This document shows positions 7,383 to 13,832 of a DNA stretch of 16,837 nt, in pieces; position 1 is the stretch's first letter; every line of letters begins with the position of its first letter. A program made the position numbers and the translations under genes. The notes below the pieces were generated by a model, which saw only the letters and a list, made by a program, of their open reading frames with translations, was not told the DNA's origin and ran no database searches. The stretch lies in IMG/VR virus record IMGVR_UViG_3300038603_000024, positions 64,001-80,837 of that record, one strand, 5' to 3'. Source of the stretch: a virus. Its lineage: Duplodnaviria > Heunggongvirae > Uroviricota > Caudoviricetes.

Positions 7383-7606
7383 TGGGGGTGTCCTGAATGG
7401 CTTGCGCAGCAGTGATCCGGGCTGACCTCAACCTCGACATCACCAAAGAGACTGTAGCTTATCATCGTTGATGGATCTGCCGTCAGCGCGCTTAGAAGCT
7501 CTTTCATGGCTGGTGGCATTGACTGCGCCCAAAGGCAGACCCCTGGCTCGCCATCGCCACTTTCGCCGTAGTGCGCGCAGTTTTGACATGTCTTTTCTGC
7601 CATCAC
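7379..7606 (-). CDS. Cys-rich hypothetical protein (CxxCxH...C...CC..H)
   Basis: GTGA/ATGA coupling; metal-binding-like Cys pattern. Confidence 0.7.
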   Translation of the reverse strand: MMAEKTCQNCAHYGESGDGEPGVCLWAQSMPPAMKELLSALTADPSTMISYSLFGDVEVEVSPDHCCASHSGHPQ

Positions 7607-7986
7607 CCTTCCCCCTCTGCGCTGGTGAACTTGAGGGCGCGGAGGGCGTCAATCATGCAAGACACGGCGCAGCGCATGTCATTGCCGTACGTGGCGTCCA
7701 GATAGTTCAGCGCTGTTTCGTCATCAGGGCAAACGTACTCTACCGCCCCGCCCTCCCGTGCCGCCTGCAGCTGGGAGCGGAGGGCGTCGCGTTCGGATAG
7801 GAGGGCGGCAATAAAGTCAGCAGCTTCTCCCATATACACCCCTGCCATCCCCGTTGTGTAGCCCGGAGCAGATGGAACGGGGGAATAGGTAAGAACGTCA
7901 TCGTTTGCCCATTCTCGATTGAAGTCCTTTAGGGCTTTCACCAGTGCATTCTGATTGTCCGCCGCCTCTTTGCTTGTGTCAGTCAT
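7603..7986 (-). CDS. Hypothetical phage protein, 127 aa (MTDTSKE...SERDALRSQL...DALRALK)
   Basis: AAGGAGA RBS before ATG 7986. Confidence 0.8.
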   Translation of the reverse strand: MTDTSKEAADNQNALVKALKDFNREWANDDVLTYSPVPSAPGYTTGMAGVYMGEAADFIAALLSERDALRSQLQAAREGGAVEYVCPDDETALNYLDATYGNDMRCAVSCMIDALRALKFTSAEGEG

Positions 7987-8203
7987 GGTTTTCTCCTTTC
8001 GGCCAATCATCCGGGCGATACCCAGACAGGTAAGCGTTAATCAATCGCACCATCCGCGCGCTGGGCGGCTTGTAGCTCACGCACTCCGGGCTTGTCAGGT
8101 GCTTCTGCATTGTCCGCTTGGTTTCAATATCCAGCATTGTGCCAAGCTGTTCGACTGTCAGCCCCAGTTTAACGCGGGCTTGTTCGATCTGCTCTGGGGT
8201 CAT
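7979..8203 (-). CDS. Xre/Cro-like helix-turn-helix protein
   Basis: MTPEQIEQARVKLGLTVEQLGTMLDI matches the Xre HTH helices 1-2 pattern. Confidence 0.8.
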   Translation of the reverse strand: MTPEQIEQARVKLGLTVEQLGTMLDIETKRTMQKHLTSPECVSYKPPSARMVRLINAYLSGYRPDDWPKGENHD

Positions 8204-8544
8204 TGCTCGCCTCGTGCTTTTGCGAGGGCGGCGCGCTCCGCATCAAAGGGTCCGTGCCCTAGCCCTTCCATTGCTGTAATTACACCTTCCAACGCCTCAT
8301 ACAGATCCGGTGCGGCTGCGATGAGGCAAGTGTTAGCCTCTTGTGTTTTGATCATGTCAACGATCTTCTCTCGCTGATTGTTTCTGAAGCCCTTGGCGGA
8401 TCGTAGGTCTTCAAGAGTGTTCTGCGCTGTGCTTGAGGCAATCCGGTCGATGTGAACGATGTTTGGATCAATAGACATGCCAAACGGCCATTTCGAACTC
8501 ATTTTAAGAGTCCAAGGCCCTGGTGTGAATTTCGTATCAGTCAT
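8200..8544 (-). CDS. Hypothetical phage protein, 114 aa (TPGPW...LIAAAPDLYEAL...ALAKARGE)
   Basis: AAGGAGAG RBS; the TPGPW and AAAPDLLEAL modules are common in phage accessory proteins. Confidence 0.85.
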   Translation of the reverse strand: MTDTKFTPGPWTLKMSSKWPFGMSIDPNIVHIDRIASSTAQNTLEDLRSAKGFRNNQREKIVDMIKTQEANTCLIAAAPDLYEALEGVITAMEGLGHGPFDAERAALAKARGEQ

Positions 8545-8830
8545 CTGTTCTCTCCTTTGCTTGTTTGTATGCGGTGATGGCGGATATATCGGCGTCATCA
8601 TCATAACCGTTTGACCGCATCCATTCCGCTACAGCCTCTACGTGATCCGCCAGCGCATCAGCAGCCCGCAGCAATTCGTTATACAGGTCGGCACGGATGT
8701 ATGTAGTCTGATAGTCAGCTTGATAGCCAAGCAGTCCCAAGTTAACCTCTGTGGACGCTCCCGCGCTATACCATCCGCTGAAGCCATCAGGCCACGCCCA
8801 AATCCGTTCCGGTGCTTTCGTATCAGTCAT
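8537..8830 (-). CDS. Hypothetical phage protein, 97 aa (MTDTKAPERIW...AADALA...TAYKQAKE)
   Basis: ATGACTGA coupling at both ends. Confidence 0.8.
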   Translation of the reverse strand: MTDTKAPERIWAWPDGFSGWYSAGASTEVNLGLLGYQADYQTTYIRADLYNELLRAADALADHVEAVAEWMRSNGYDDDADISAITAYKQAKERTDD

Positions 8831-9005
8831 ATTCACTCATCTCCCGTACTGCATCAATAAGGCCCTCAATCGTGTCAATAGCCCCATTGACAACCGCTTT
8901 GTCTGTATCGGTTAGGTTTTTACGTGTCAGCATGTGACGCAGCGCATTTAGCAGCTGATAGTCGTCGCCAACGAACTGAGGTATATTATCCGGCTTCTCT
9001 GTCAT
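8823..9005 (-). CDS. Hypothetical protein, 60 aa (MTEKPDNIPQF...)
   Basis: TAAGGAGAG RBS; first gene after promoter 9031-9059. Confidence 0.75.
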   Translation of the reverse strand: MTEKPDNIPQFVGDDYQLLNALRHMLTRKNLTDTDKAVVNGAIDTIEGLIDAVREMSEYD

Positions 9006-9030
9006 CTGTTCTCTCCTTATCAACACTTCC

Positions 9031-9080
9031 ACCCTAAGTCCAAATAGTCACCCCGTCAACAGGAAAATGTCCAAATGAAC
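9031..9080 (-). promoter_or_regulatory. Leftward promoter with two degenerate operator copies (9038-9049, 9069-9080)
   Basis: TTGACG-17 nt-TAGGGT; GTCCAAATAGTC (9/12) and GTCCAAATGAAC (10/12). Confidence 0.6.
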
Positions 9081-9082
9081 GG

Positions 9083-9110
9083 TTGCCTTTGTGTCAATCT
9101 GTGGTAGAGT
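9083..9110 (+). promoter_or_regulatory. Divergent rightward promoter
   Basis: TTGCCT-16 nt-TAGAGT with extended -10 TG, followed by an AGGAGA RBS at 9123. Confidence 0.45.
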
Positions 9111-9134
9111 GCGGGGATAGATAGGAGACCTGAC

Positions 9135-9296
9135 CTGCACCAGATCCTAGCAACCACCTGCCTAGCTGCCCTAGCGTTCGCTCTATCCGTAGTGTGTGCG
9201 CAGGGCTTGTTTCACCTGTTGAGTAATGTGATGCCGGGTGTTTACCGTTCTGACGGTGGTGAGAGTGTCGAGAGAAGCCCTAGCCAGGATGAATGA
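9135..9296 (+). CDS. Possible CTG-initiated 53-aa hydrophobic peptide (MHQILATTCLAALAFALSVVCAQGLFHLLS...)
   Basis: AGGAGA 6 nt before CTG; about 25-residue hydrophobic stretch; non-canonical start, unverified. Confidence 0.35.
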   Translation: MHQILATTCLAALAFALSVVCAQGLFHLLSNVMPGVYRSDGGESVERSPSQDE

Positions 9297-9452
9297 GTTC
9301 GGGGTGGTGTGTCGTCCTGAGCTTTCACTTCTTGGCTAGGTCAACCACCTGTCAGCTAAACAGAAGGTGGGATGGGTGTACACAATTCGATCCAAATCAA
9401 AGCGGGATAAATACCTTGGTTGAATGGAACTCCGCCCCTTGCCCCGACAATG

Positions 9453-9482
9453 TATATAAATTTTTTTCAGAAATCTTGTCAA
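9453..9482 (-). promoter_or_regulatory. Leftward promoter-like sequence with no obvious minus-strand CDS downstream
   Basis: TTGACA-18 nt-TATATA in an AT-rich tract. Confidence 0.4.
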
Positions 9483-9636
9483 GCTCATAATATTCATAAT
9501 CATTGTCAAGCATTATGAGGTTCATTCATGTTACTGCAATATCAACCTCTTACACAGCGATAATCCGGCAACCTTTCTGACAAATCGTACTTTGCACCGC
9601 GCTGGGCGTTGTTCGTTTTATAGATAAAATCACCGC

Positions 9637-9664
9637 TTGATTGTTCGCGTCTTGGTGGTATAAC
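9637..9664 (+). promoter_or_regulatory. Sigma70-type promoter of the rightward operon
   Basis: TTGATT-16 nt-TATAAC with extended -10 TG. Confidence 0.65.
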
Positions 9665-9685
9665 AGAGAAAAAGGAGATAGAGAT

Positions 9686-10039
9686 ATGACACGACTACAA
9701 GCACTGAAGGAACTGGCGCGCAAGGTTGAGGTGGGGGAGGATGATGCGTGGCATGGCTGCGGCTATGTTTTTGGTGTTGAACTCGGCAGTTACATTCAGG
9801 GGGCCTGCAACGGCTCACTAGACGCCGCTCAAGCCCTTCACGAAGCTGTTCTGCCGAGGTGTACGCGTAGCGTTGATGCCACAGCCCCGGAATGTGGGAT
9901 AACTGTAGAACTTCACCCCGTAGATGGCAAAGGCAATCCAGTACCTAAGCCAATCATTAGCGCAGTTCTGCCGTGTGAATCCCGCGCTTGGCTGCTGGAT
10001 ATCCTAAAGGCGCTGATTGCACAGGAGGAAGGGGAATGA
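9686..10039 (+). CDS. Hypothetical phage protein, 117 aa (SLDAAQALHEAVLP...RAWLLDILKALIA)
   Basis: AAGGAGA RBS before ATG 9686; motif recalled from phage/prophage hypotheticals. Confidence 0.8.
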   Translation: MTRLQALKELARKVEVGEDDAWHGCGYVFGVELGSYIQGACNGSLDAAQALHEAVLPRCTRSVDATAPECGITVELHPVDGKGNPVPKPIISAVLPCESRAWLLDILKALIAQEEGE

Positions 10040-10230
10040 GTTGGGGAAAAGGTCGGTCTGGTGTTCATCAAGTAGACACCAATGAGATCAGAGATATGTT
10101 TGACGCTTGGAGAGGATACATGAAACATCCTGATTTGGCTGATCGTGTGAGCGACCTCATTGATGAGATTGAGAGACTTCGTAACCTTCAAGCCCTTCAA
10201 GAACTCATCACACAGGAGAGCGACACATGA
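10036..10230 (+). CDS. Hypothetical protein, 64 aa (MSWGKGRSG...LIDEIERLR)
   Basis: GGAGG RBS; ATGA overlaps. Confidence 0.75.
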   Translation: MSWGKGRSGVHQVDTNEIRDMFDAWRGYMKHPDLADRVSDLIDEIERLRNLQALQELITQESDT

Positions 10231-10514
10231 CACGCTGGGTATTCAACGAAGACGGCTGGACCGATTGGATCGACCATGACGGCAAGGGCTGTCCGTGTGT
10301 GGGGTGGTGGGCTGAGGTTGAGGACAACCTAGGTGAAATCGTCCAGGGTTTGGCCGGGGCTGGGGTGAATTCTTGGCTTTGGTATTTTGATGGTAAAACA
10401 TATCATTGCTTTCACGACCCCATCATCCGCTACCGCGTCCGCAAGCCCAAGGGAGCAGAGATGCTAGAGCAACTGGTACAGCATACAGATATGCCCATTA
10501 AGGAGATGGTGTGA
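10227..10514 (+). CDS. Hypothetical phage protein, 95 aa (WIDHDGKGCP...IIRYRVRKP)
   Basis: AGGAGAG RBS; W..HDG..CP and IIRYR motifs common in phage hypotheticals. Confidence 0.8.
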   Translation: MTRWVFNEDGWTDWIDHDGKGCPCVGWWAEVEDNLGEIVQGLAGAGVNSWLWYFDGKTYHCFHDPIIRYRVRKPKGAEMLEQLVQHTDMPIKEMV

Positions 10515-10798
10515 TGACTATGAATTTGATTTGCGATGAGCCGACCTGCGACCACAAAGAAGATGTTGGCGCGCTGTCAGAGGATATGATTGGAAAGCCC
10601 TGCCCGAAGTGCGGCGCTAACCTGTTGACACGTGAGGACTACGAGGAGGGTCTGAAATATCAAGCGGTGCTTGAGCTGCTCAAATCTGCGGGTCTGGCTA
10701 AAGATCCTGTTGACGGGGATGAGGGGGCTTTGATATCGGTCAACCCTCACGCAGGTACGTTGAATATTTCAGTTACAGGATTGGAGAGTGACGAATGA
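10511..10798 (+). CDS. Zn-ribbon-like protein (CDEPTC...CPKC)
   Basis: TAAGGAG RBS; two Cys pairs. Confidence 0.8.
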   Translation: MMTMNLICDEPTCDHKEDVGALSEDMIGKPCPKCGANLLTREDYEEGLKYQAVLELLKSAGLAKDPVDGDEGALISVNPHAGTLNISVTGLESDE

Positions 10799-10950
10799 CA
10801 GAAGAAGAGTTGCAAGTGCAAAGGTGCATTATTGCCATCCACGATTTAGGGACAAGGGAAGGCGCTACGAAAACAAAAGTCATGGCGCAGTTAAAGAAAG
10901 ATGGATTTACAGCGCGCCAAATTAAGAAAGCAGTGGAGCTAATGGAATGA
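10795..10950 (+). CDS. Hypothetical protein, 51 aa (MTEEELQVQRCIIAIHDLGTREGATKTKVMAQLKKDGFTARQIKKAVELME)
   Basis: Read by hand; ATGA overlaps at both ends. Confidence 0.75.
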   Translation: MTEEELQVQRCIIAIHDLGTREGATKTKVMAQLKKDGFTARQIKKAVELME

Positions 10951-11162
10951 CAGACTTTGACGAAACCTGGACAATCCCAGTCCCATCTGGCGTGGACGAT
11001 GCAACGCAATTCATCTACGCCGTGCGACGGATCATCGAGACGCAGCTCGTGGACATTCCTCCGGAACACGTGTATCATGCCCTTAAATATCTAACACAAC
11101 TGCAGGAGACGGCGGCTTTCCCGGCCCCGTTTTCTGTTTCTGTAGCACAGGGCACAATATGA
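10947..11162 (+). CDS. Hypothetical protein, 71 aa
   Basis: GGAG RBS; ATGA overlaps. Confidence 0.7.
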   Translation: MTDFDETWTIPVPSGVDDATQFIYAVRRIIETQLVDIPPEHVYHALKYLTQLQETAAFPAPFSVSVAQGTI

Positions 11163-11347
11163 CGATTGAAGGACCGTGGCGCGCTGAGGTTGGGCGCGTC
11201 ACAGACAAAGGTGAGTGGATTAGGACGGTCGAGAGCCACGCATTCTTTTCGGAGGATGAGGCTTTCGGCCATTTGTTCGTTCTGTCTGCCAGGCTGCAGG
11301 GGGACCGTAGGTTGCGCGCTCGTGTGCGTCGGGTTGAAACGGCTTAG
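11159..11347 (+). CDS. Hypothetical protein, 62 aa
   Basis: ATGA overlap; last gene before the convergence point. Confidence 0.65.
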   Translation: MTIEGPWRAEVGRVTDKGEWIRTVESHAFFSEDEAFGHLFVLSARLQGDRRLRARVRRVETA

Positions 11348-11371
11348 GCCAGGAGTTACCCCGGCCCTTTG

Positions 11372-11650
11372 TTATCTGACAATCTTGAGAACTGGTGCTT
11401 CTTTTCTTGGCTGGGTATCTTCATCAAGCTCTGGCACCGGGCCTCCTTGAAGCCATGCCTCGACCCTGGCTCTCCTGTCCATAGCAAGCGGAGATTTACC
11501 GACATCCCCGGTCATCTTTGCTTTCCGTCGCCCTATCCAGTTCATCGTTAAGACCCATCTACCAGCTACCCGATGGCTGAATGTGTCTCCATCATGATAG
11601 TCAGTGTAAGCGCTAACTGTCCCAATGTATGTTGACTTAAACCATTTCAT
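11372..11650 (-). CDS. Hypothetical protein, 92 aa (MKWFKSTYIG...)
   Basis: GAGGTG RBS before ATG 11650. Confidence 0.7.
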   Translation of the reverse strand: MKWFKSTYIGTVSAYTDYHDGDTFSHRVAGRWVLTMNWIGRRKAKMTGDVGKSPLAMDRRARVEAWLQGGPVPELDEDTQPRKEAPVLKIVR

Positions 11651-11660
11651 ATCTTTCACC

Positions 11661-12089
11661 TCACTTGCAATACTTCGGCATACGTCCACGGAACTCACCC
11701 ACACGCGCTTGTAGATCCGCATAGAACCCGTCACTGTCGCATCGGTTACACCGCCCGCACAGCCCCTCTGCAATCAGCGCTTTGCCCAGATCCAGCCCGC
11801 TACCCAACTGACACCGACCGACAGCCCTGTCATACGTCCTAGCGCCTGTCAGATCACACGTGACAACCTGACCCTTCACAAGGAAGCGCATGGCCCGTGT
11901 AGCGCGGTCTCCTAGCGCCGTTCCTGTCTCATCGCATGTCAGGCCCTGCAAGCGTACTGCCCGCCCGTTGACCTCGATTGTATCCCCATCGCGCACGTGC
12001 GTAACGGGTCCGGTGATTGTCCCGGCGGTTGCTGCTGTGCCCAAGCCAATGATGATTACGGCTGCTTTGGTTAACGTGTTAAGCATCAT
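11661..12089 (-). CDS. Thermonuclease (SNase) family protein with N-terminal signal peptide
   Basis: HVRDGDTI, VRLQGL..DE and TYDRAVG SNase motifs; TAAGGAGAG RBS before ATG 12089; hydrophobic leader ending AATA. Confidence 0.85.
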   Translation of the reverse strand: MMLNTLTKAAVIIIGLGTAATAGTITGPVTHVRDGDTIEVNGRAVRLQGLTCDETGTALGDRATRAMRFLVKGQVVTCDLTGARTYDRAVGRCQLGSGLDLGKALIAEGLCGRCNRCDSDGFYADLQARVGEFRGRMPKYCK

Positions 12090-12110
12090 CTCTCTCCTTA
12101 ATCTACACTC

Positions 12111-12139
12111 AACCTGCACTACGCAAGTCGGATCGTCAA
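12111..12139 (-). promoter_or_regulatory. Promoter for the SNase gene
   Basis: TTGACG-17 nt-CAGGTT; shares AGGTTGAGTGTA with the tRNA promoter. Confidence 0.45.
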
Positions 12140-12152
12140 CCCCTATTTGCGC

Positions 12153-12179
12153 AAAAGCCCCATCCGTTAGGACAGGGCC
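12153..12179 (-). terminator. Intrinsic terminator
   Basis: GCCCTGTCC-TAAC-GGATGGGGC-TTTT. Confidence 0.7.
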
Positions 12180-12201
12180 GTATTGCAGCGCTGGGCGGTG
12201 G

Positions 12202-12393
12202 TTACTTCTTGTCGCCCCAGTGCCCACGGTTGGGCGATATGCAGGCAATCCATCGCTCACACATAGCAAATGCTTCCTCTGCCGCCTCTAAATCGTGATC
12301 GATCTGCAGGGCCTTGCGTAGGCGATTGAAGTCACGAAGCATGGTTTCAACGCGGGCATTACCGACGAACTCTGATGTATCTTTGTCAGTCAT
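12202..12393 (-). CDS. Hypothetical protein, 63 aa (MTDKDTSEF...)
   Basis: ATGACTGA coupling to the GGQ gene. Confidence 0.7.
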   Translation of the reverse strand: MTDKDTSEFVGNARVETMLRDFNRLRKALQIDHDLEAAEEAFAMCERWIACISPNRGHWGDKK

Positions 12394-12751
12394 TAGTTTC
12401 GCTTTCATTCACCCATTTGCCGTTGCGCTGAACCTCGACAACAGTGCGTTTGGATTTAATCTCTTGCTCAGCATAGTCAGAAGCTTGTGCCAGCCTCCCA
12501 CTTCTTCGAGCCACTTCAATTTTATGCCAAGTTTTAAATCTGTCGCTTTCGGCCATGCGCTGGAATGCGATTTTCTTATTGTCATGTTGGCTGCGTGTAT
12601 CATCTGATACCCCTACGGCCCCGCTGTCCTTATGTGTGCAGCGGACTCCACTGGAAGTCTTATTGCGCTTTTGACCTCCTTTGCCTGATCCTCTGAAATA
12701 GTCAAATCGGCAATCAGCCGAAGTTACGGAAAATAGTAGTTCTTTACTCAC
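12386..12751 (-). CDS. Stand-alone class I release factor catalytic (GGQ) domain protein, peptidyl-tRNA hydrolase-like
   Basis: FRGSGKGGQKRNKTSSGVRCTHKDSG...DTRSQHDNKKIAFQRM matches RF1/RF2/PrfH/ArfB domain 3; GTGA-coupled start. Confidence 0.9.
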   Translation of the reverse strand: MSKELLFSVTSADCRFDYFRGSGKGGQKRNKTSSGVRCTHKDSGAVGVSDDTRSQHDNKKIAFQRMAESDRFKTWHKIEVARRSGRLAQASDYAEQEIKSKRTVVEVQRNGKWVNESETND

Positions 12752-12918
12752 TCTCTTTCTCCCTCTGTCATATCAACGCCATCCTTTAGCATCCTCCGCA
12801 CCTCATCGAGCGCAGCCTTTGCAGCGGCCTCTGCGTAGAGGGATAGCGTGGCGTCTTGATCGTGCACGTCCAAAATGGCGGCTTCAATCTCCAGGTATAG
12901 TCGCTCTAGGGGTGTCAT
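12748..12918 (-). CDS. Hypothetical protein, 56 aa (MTPLERLYLEIE...)
   Basis: TAATG overlap; GGAGG RBS. Confidence 0.7.
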   Translation of the reverse strand: MTPLERLYLEIEAAILDVHDQDATLSLYAEAAAKAALDEVRRMLKDGVDMTEGERE

Positions 12919-13325
12919 TAGTTGCCCTCCGACTTCATGGCGCTGATCTTGCCCCGCAGGTGAAGCATACATTCCGTCTGGCCTTTAACATACTCGTGCG
13001 AGCCAATGCGCTCAGATGTCAGGAACTCGTTGATGCAATTGATAGCGGCGTCTAGTCCTGCGTTGTGGGCGGTGTGTAGTTGGGTGCGGAGTTGGTCGCG
13101 CTCATCCTCCAAAGCCTTGGCTAGGGTTACTTTCCCGTCACGTCCGATGTATGCGTATCCGTCAACGGCTTTGCGCAGGGCGTCTCGTTCTGAGATGAGC
13201 GACTTCAAGGTGCAACTAGCGTCGCCCAATATGCTTTTCATCGTTGGAGAATGCCGCCACGCACCCTTTGCTAGATCACAGTCATGCGCCAGCCGTTCCA
13301 CAAACTCTTTGCTCGTATCACTCAT
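12918..13325 (-). CDS. Hypothetical phage protein, 135 aa (MSDTSKE...SERDALR...ERDQLRTQL)
   Basis: GAGGGG RBS; modules shared with 7603-7986. Confidence 0.8.
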   Translation of the reverse strand: MSDTSKEFVERLAHDCDLAKGAWRHSPTMKSILGDASCTLKSLISERDALRKAVDGYAYIGRDGKVTLAKALEDERDQLRTQLHTAHNAGLDAAINCINEFLTSERIGSHEYVKGQTECMLHLRGKISAMKSEGN

Positions 13326-13326
13326 A

Positions 13327-13524
13327 TCAATTCCCCTCACATAGCGGGACGCCATACTTCGCATTCAACTGCGCCCCTGTTTGTATCCACACATCTCCCA
13401 CAACCATTCTGTGGGCCGCGTTATTCATGTAGTCGTCACCTAGCCCCGGCCAGCGATCATTCAGATCCTGTGCCACCACCTTGTTAGCGGCTACTCTGGT
13501 GCCGGTGCCGGAGTAGCCGCCCAT
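13327..13524 (-). CDS. Small hypothetical ORF, start uncertain (may begin at the internal MNNAAH with an AGGTGA RBS)
   Basis: Stop abuts the next RBS; the ORF-track ATG lies inside a promoter-like repeat with no RBS. Confidence 0.4.
   Translation of the reverse strand: MGGYSGTGTRVAANKVVAQDLNDRWPGLGDDYMNNAAHRMVVGDVWIQTGAQLNAKYGVPLCEGN
13487..13520. repeat. 13-bp inverted repeat with an 8-nt loop
   Basis: GCGGCTACTCTGG-TGCCGGTG-CCGGAGTAGCCGC (12/13 Watson-Crick pairs plus one wobble). Confidence 0.85.
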
Positions 13525-13542
13525 TTGTTACGTGTCAAGGCG

Positions 13543-13749
13543 TCACAACAAATCATCTTCTACGTGTTCGATCCACTCTCTAAGGGTCATACAATTCAGT
13601 TTATCTCTGTAGACGATGTTGATTTTATCGGCATTGCACGTATCTGAGCATTCAAGGTCTTCAAAGTAAAAGTATCCATCACCCTTGATCAGTTCTACGC
13701 CGTGTTTTTTGATTGCTGCGTTTACTTTCTTGATGGTAGCTACGGTCAT
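13543..13749 (-). CDS. Hypothetical phage protein, 68 aa (VELIKGDGYFYF)
   Basis: AAGGAGA RBS before ATG 13749. Confidence 0.8.
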   Translation of the reverse strand: MTVATIKKVNAAIKKHGVELIKGDGYFYFEDLECSDTCNADKINIVYRDKLNCMTLREWIEHVEDDLL

Positions 13750-13795
13750 GTATCTATCTCCTTTGTTGATACCTTTATACACTAAACACACCACC

Positions 13796-13824
13796 TACAT
13801 AGCCGCCCATTTGCAGCGTGTCAA
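13796..13824 (-). promoter_or_regulatory. Sigma70-type promoter, duplicated at 13510-13538
   Basis: TTGACA-17 nt-TATGTA; 22/25 identity with 13514-13538. Confidence 0.6.
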
Positions 13825-13832
13825 CACCCCAA

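Noticed and set aside
9293-9490. 65-aa ORF overlapping the CTG peptide stop by ATGA
   Set aside because: No clear RBS, atypical composition, and it ends in the AT-rich promoter/repeat tract; not called, though not excluded
12090-12269. 60-aa N-terminal extension of the SNase ORF
   Set aside because: It spans a terminator and a promoter; the strong RBS is at 12089
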